The notes under the pieces were generated by a model. That model saw only the letters and a list, made by a program, of their open reading frames with translations. It had not been told where the DNA came from and made no database searches. 64,000 nt of DNA from an uncultured Chloroflexia bacterium (lineage in GTDB: Bacteria; Chloroflexota; Limnocylindria; Limnocylindrales; CSP1-4): positions 1,859-65,858 of the forward strand of contig CAVPHB010000002.1 of the NCBI GenBank assembly GCA_963704145.1, read 5' to 3'. This document shows positions 62,372 to 64,000 of the stretch, one piece after another. The position numbers were made by a program, and so were the translations under genes. Numbering within the stretch: the first letter of the stretch is position 1; each line of letters starts with the position of its first letter.

Positions 62372-63499
62372 CTATAGGTCAGGGTTGGGCAGCTGCGCAT
62401 CGGTCACTGCCGCGAGCAGGTCGTGGTAGCTGCTGATGAAGGAGCGCAGCGTGCGCACCGTGGGCGGGAAGTCGTCGAACTCGTCGAGCGCCAGCCCGTC
62501 CGGCTCATACGCCCGGCGGAAGTCGGGAAAGAGCGCGAGCAGCTCGTCGACGTACGCCTGATCGACCGGCTCGTCCATCCGCTCGCGGACCTCGACTGAC
62601 GATGCGTTGAACTTCTTCTGCCACGCAGACGGGAGCGTGATCACGACGTCGCCGCCGATGAATTCCGACCAGTGCAGGTGGTGCCGGATCGCGGCCGCCA
62701 GCAGCCGCGCGCGGAAGCCCCGCTCGCGGAAGATGCCGTAGGCGCGCTTGAAGACCGCCACCCCGGAGAGCGGCAGCGCGCCGGGATGGGCGATGATCCC
62801 ATCCCGCTCGGCCTGCACTCGCAGCCAGTCTTCGAGCCGGCCGACCATGATCGTGATGACCGGGCCCATGTCGGCCGTGGGCAGGCCTTCCCGCTCACGC
62901 CGCGCCAGTCCGCGCTCGACGGCCGCGGCCGCGGCCACGGCCTGCGCGACGGAGAACGAGACGGTGCAGTTGACCGACACGCCGCGGTAGGTGGCCTCTT
63001 CCATCACCGCGATGCCGATTTGCGTGGCCGGGAACTTGACGATGATGTTGGGTGCCACGGACGCGAAGTGGACGCCCTGGGCGAGCATCGGCTCGGGGCT
63101 GCGCCAGAAGGTCGGGTTGGTCTGCATCGACAGCCGCCCCTGGCGGCCGCCGAAGCGCTCGAAGGCGGGCTCGAGCAGGCGTGCGCCGGCAGTCGACATC
63201 TCCTCCACCACCGCCCACGCAAGGTCCACTTCGGTCGCGTCGCGCTGCCCAGCGGCCAGCTCGCGCACCCGTGCGCGCCAGCGCGCGGGATCCCTCTTCC
63301 AGACGTCGTGGACGATGGTCGGGTTGGCGGTCGCGCCAACTGCACCGTGCTCGATGGCGTACGCCAGCTCATCGACCGCGCAGGAGTCGTTCCAGATGTC
63401 TGTCGCCGTAGCCGCCGTCCGCTGAAGCGGGCTCAGCCCTCGTAGGTCGGACCCCGACTTCACTTCGTTGCCCATCGATGATCGATCATAAACCAGCAC
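62372..63499 (-). CDS. Transaldolase family protein
   Basis: TDIWNDSC, GATANPTIV, RLSMQTNP, IVKFPAT and VNCTVSFS. An alternative start is ATG 63475. Confidence 0.8.
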   Translation of the reverse strand: MLVYDRSSMGNEVKSGSDLRGLSPLQRTAATATDIWNDSCAVDELAYAIEHGAVGATANPTIVHDVWKRDPARWRARVRELAAGQRDATEVDLAWAVVEEMSTAGARLLEPAFERFGGRQGRLSMQTNPTFWRSPEPMLAQGVHFASVAPNIIVKFPATQIGIAVMEEATYRGVSVNCTVSFSVAQAVAAAAAVERGLARREREGLPTADMGPVITIMVGRLEDWLRVQAERDGIIAHPGALPLSGVAVFKRAYGIFRERGFRARLLAAAIRHHLHWSEFIGGDVVITLPSAWQKKFNASSVEVRERMDEPVDQAYVDELLALFPDFRRAYEPDGLALDEFDDFPPTVRTLRSFISSYHDLLAAVTDAQLPNPDL

Positions 63500-63509
63500 G
63501 GGTCGGGGG

Positions 63510-64000
63510 CTAGTTCCCTGCGCTGATCGACCAGCCGGCGTCGACGTCGATCACCTGGCCGGTGACCATCCGCGCGTCGTCGCTGAGCAGGAAGAGGGCC
63601 GTGCCGACCAGGTCGTCCGGGCTGAGCGGCCCGCCCGCCAGGGGCTGCTTGGCGCGCACCAGATCCATGATCTGCGGATCCGTCTGAGCGCGCTCGCTCA
63701 TCGGTGTGGCGACCAGCGATGGTGCGATGACGTTGACGCGAATGCCCTGGCCGGCGTAGTAGGCGGCGATCGACCGGGAGAACGCCTCGATCGCGCCCTT
63801 GCTCGCGGCATATCCATGAGTGCCGAAGAAGCGCGGTGAGGGGCTGCGCGCCAGGACGCTCGACATGTTCAGGATCGCGCCGCGCTGGCCGTTCGCGCGC
63901 TGTGGCTGGGCGAGCATCTGGCGCACCGCCGCGCGGCAGACGAGCATCATGGAGGTGACGTTGTTGTCGAGCACCGTCCGCCAGCCGTCGAGCGTCAGAT
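63510..64000 (-). CDS. SDR family oxidoreductase, C-terminal part (5' end beyond the window)
   Basis: YAASKGAIEAFSRSIAAYYAGQGIRVNVIAPS catalytic YxxxK region and a C-terminal GQVIDVDAGW. Confidence 0.8.
   Translation of the reverse strand, partial: LTLDGWRTVLDNNVTSMMLVCRAAVRQMLAQPQRANGQRGAILNMSSVLARSPSPRFFGTHGYAASKGAIEAFSRSIAAYYAGQGIRVNVIAPSLVATPMSERAQTDPQIMDLVRAKQPLAGGPLSPDDLVGTALFLLSDDARMVTGQVIDVDAGWSISAGN

Overview
High-GC, actinobacterium-like chromosomal segment (the pnp-dapB neighbourhood is typical of that group). No rRNA, tRNA, CRISPR array or intact transposase was recognised.

Gene content, left to right:
- 1-3.5 kb: housekeeping genes (pnp 3' end, dapB, tpx) interleaved with four copies of a 35-nt REP palindrome and a decayed RAYT/IS200-like transposase.
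- 3.5-7.2 kb: small hypothetical genes, including a solitary HicB-like antitoxin.
- 7.3-32 kb: an amine/polyamine-type supercluster. It holds two DAO-family FAD oxidoreductases, a PatD/YdcW-like aldehyde dehydrogenase, a saccharopine-dehydrogenase-family gene bracketed by two very large cyclase-ATPase-TPR (STAND) proteins, two class-III aminotransferases and two consecutive PotABCD-type ABC operons.
- 32.5-45.8 kb: a ROK-regulated sugar locus. It holds two Gfo/Idh/MocA genes, a TIM-barrel isomerase, deoC, a SIS-domain gene, a sugar ABC transporter, a ROK kinase and nagA.
- 45.8-64 kb: a minus-strand catabolic cluster. It runs from an OYE-type reductase and a GNAT through creatininase, FAH, an AroE-like gene, an LLM oxidoreductase, enoyl-CoA hydratase, CoA-transferase, SDR, a DapA-like gene, LacI, ALDH and a GMC oxidoreductase with its small subunit, then GntR, ABM, transaldolase and a partial SDR.

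Two observations stand out:
1. A second, apparently uncharacterised interspersed repeat family is built around a 20-nt core, GTGAGTCGGTTAYGTGGATC. I counted 15 clear copies, all intergenic. They occur as hairpin MITE-like units and as tandem arrays with 67-, 76- and 78-bp periods. Two of the arrays directly flank an XRE-family regulator gene.
2. Reading-frame disruptions are strongly block-wise. Several operons need dozens of frame changes to reconstruct recognisable proteins, while neighbouring genes of up to 3.5 kb are perfectly intact. This means either patchy indel error in the assembly or operon-wise pseudogenisation.

Many long ORFs in the six-frame track are antisense GC artefacts and were rejected.
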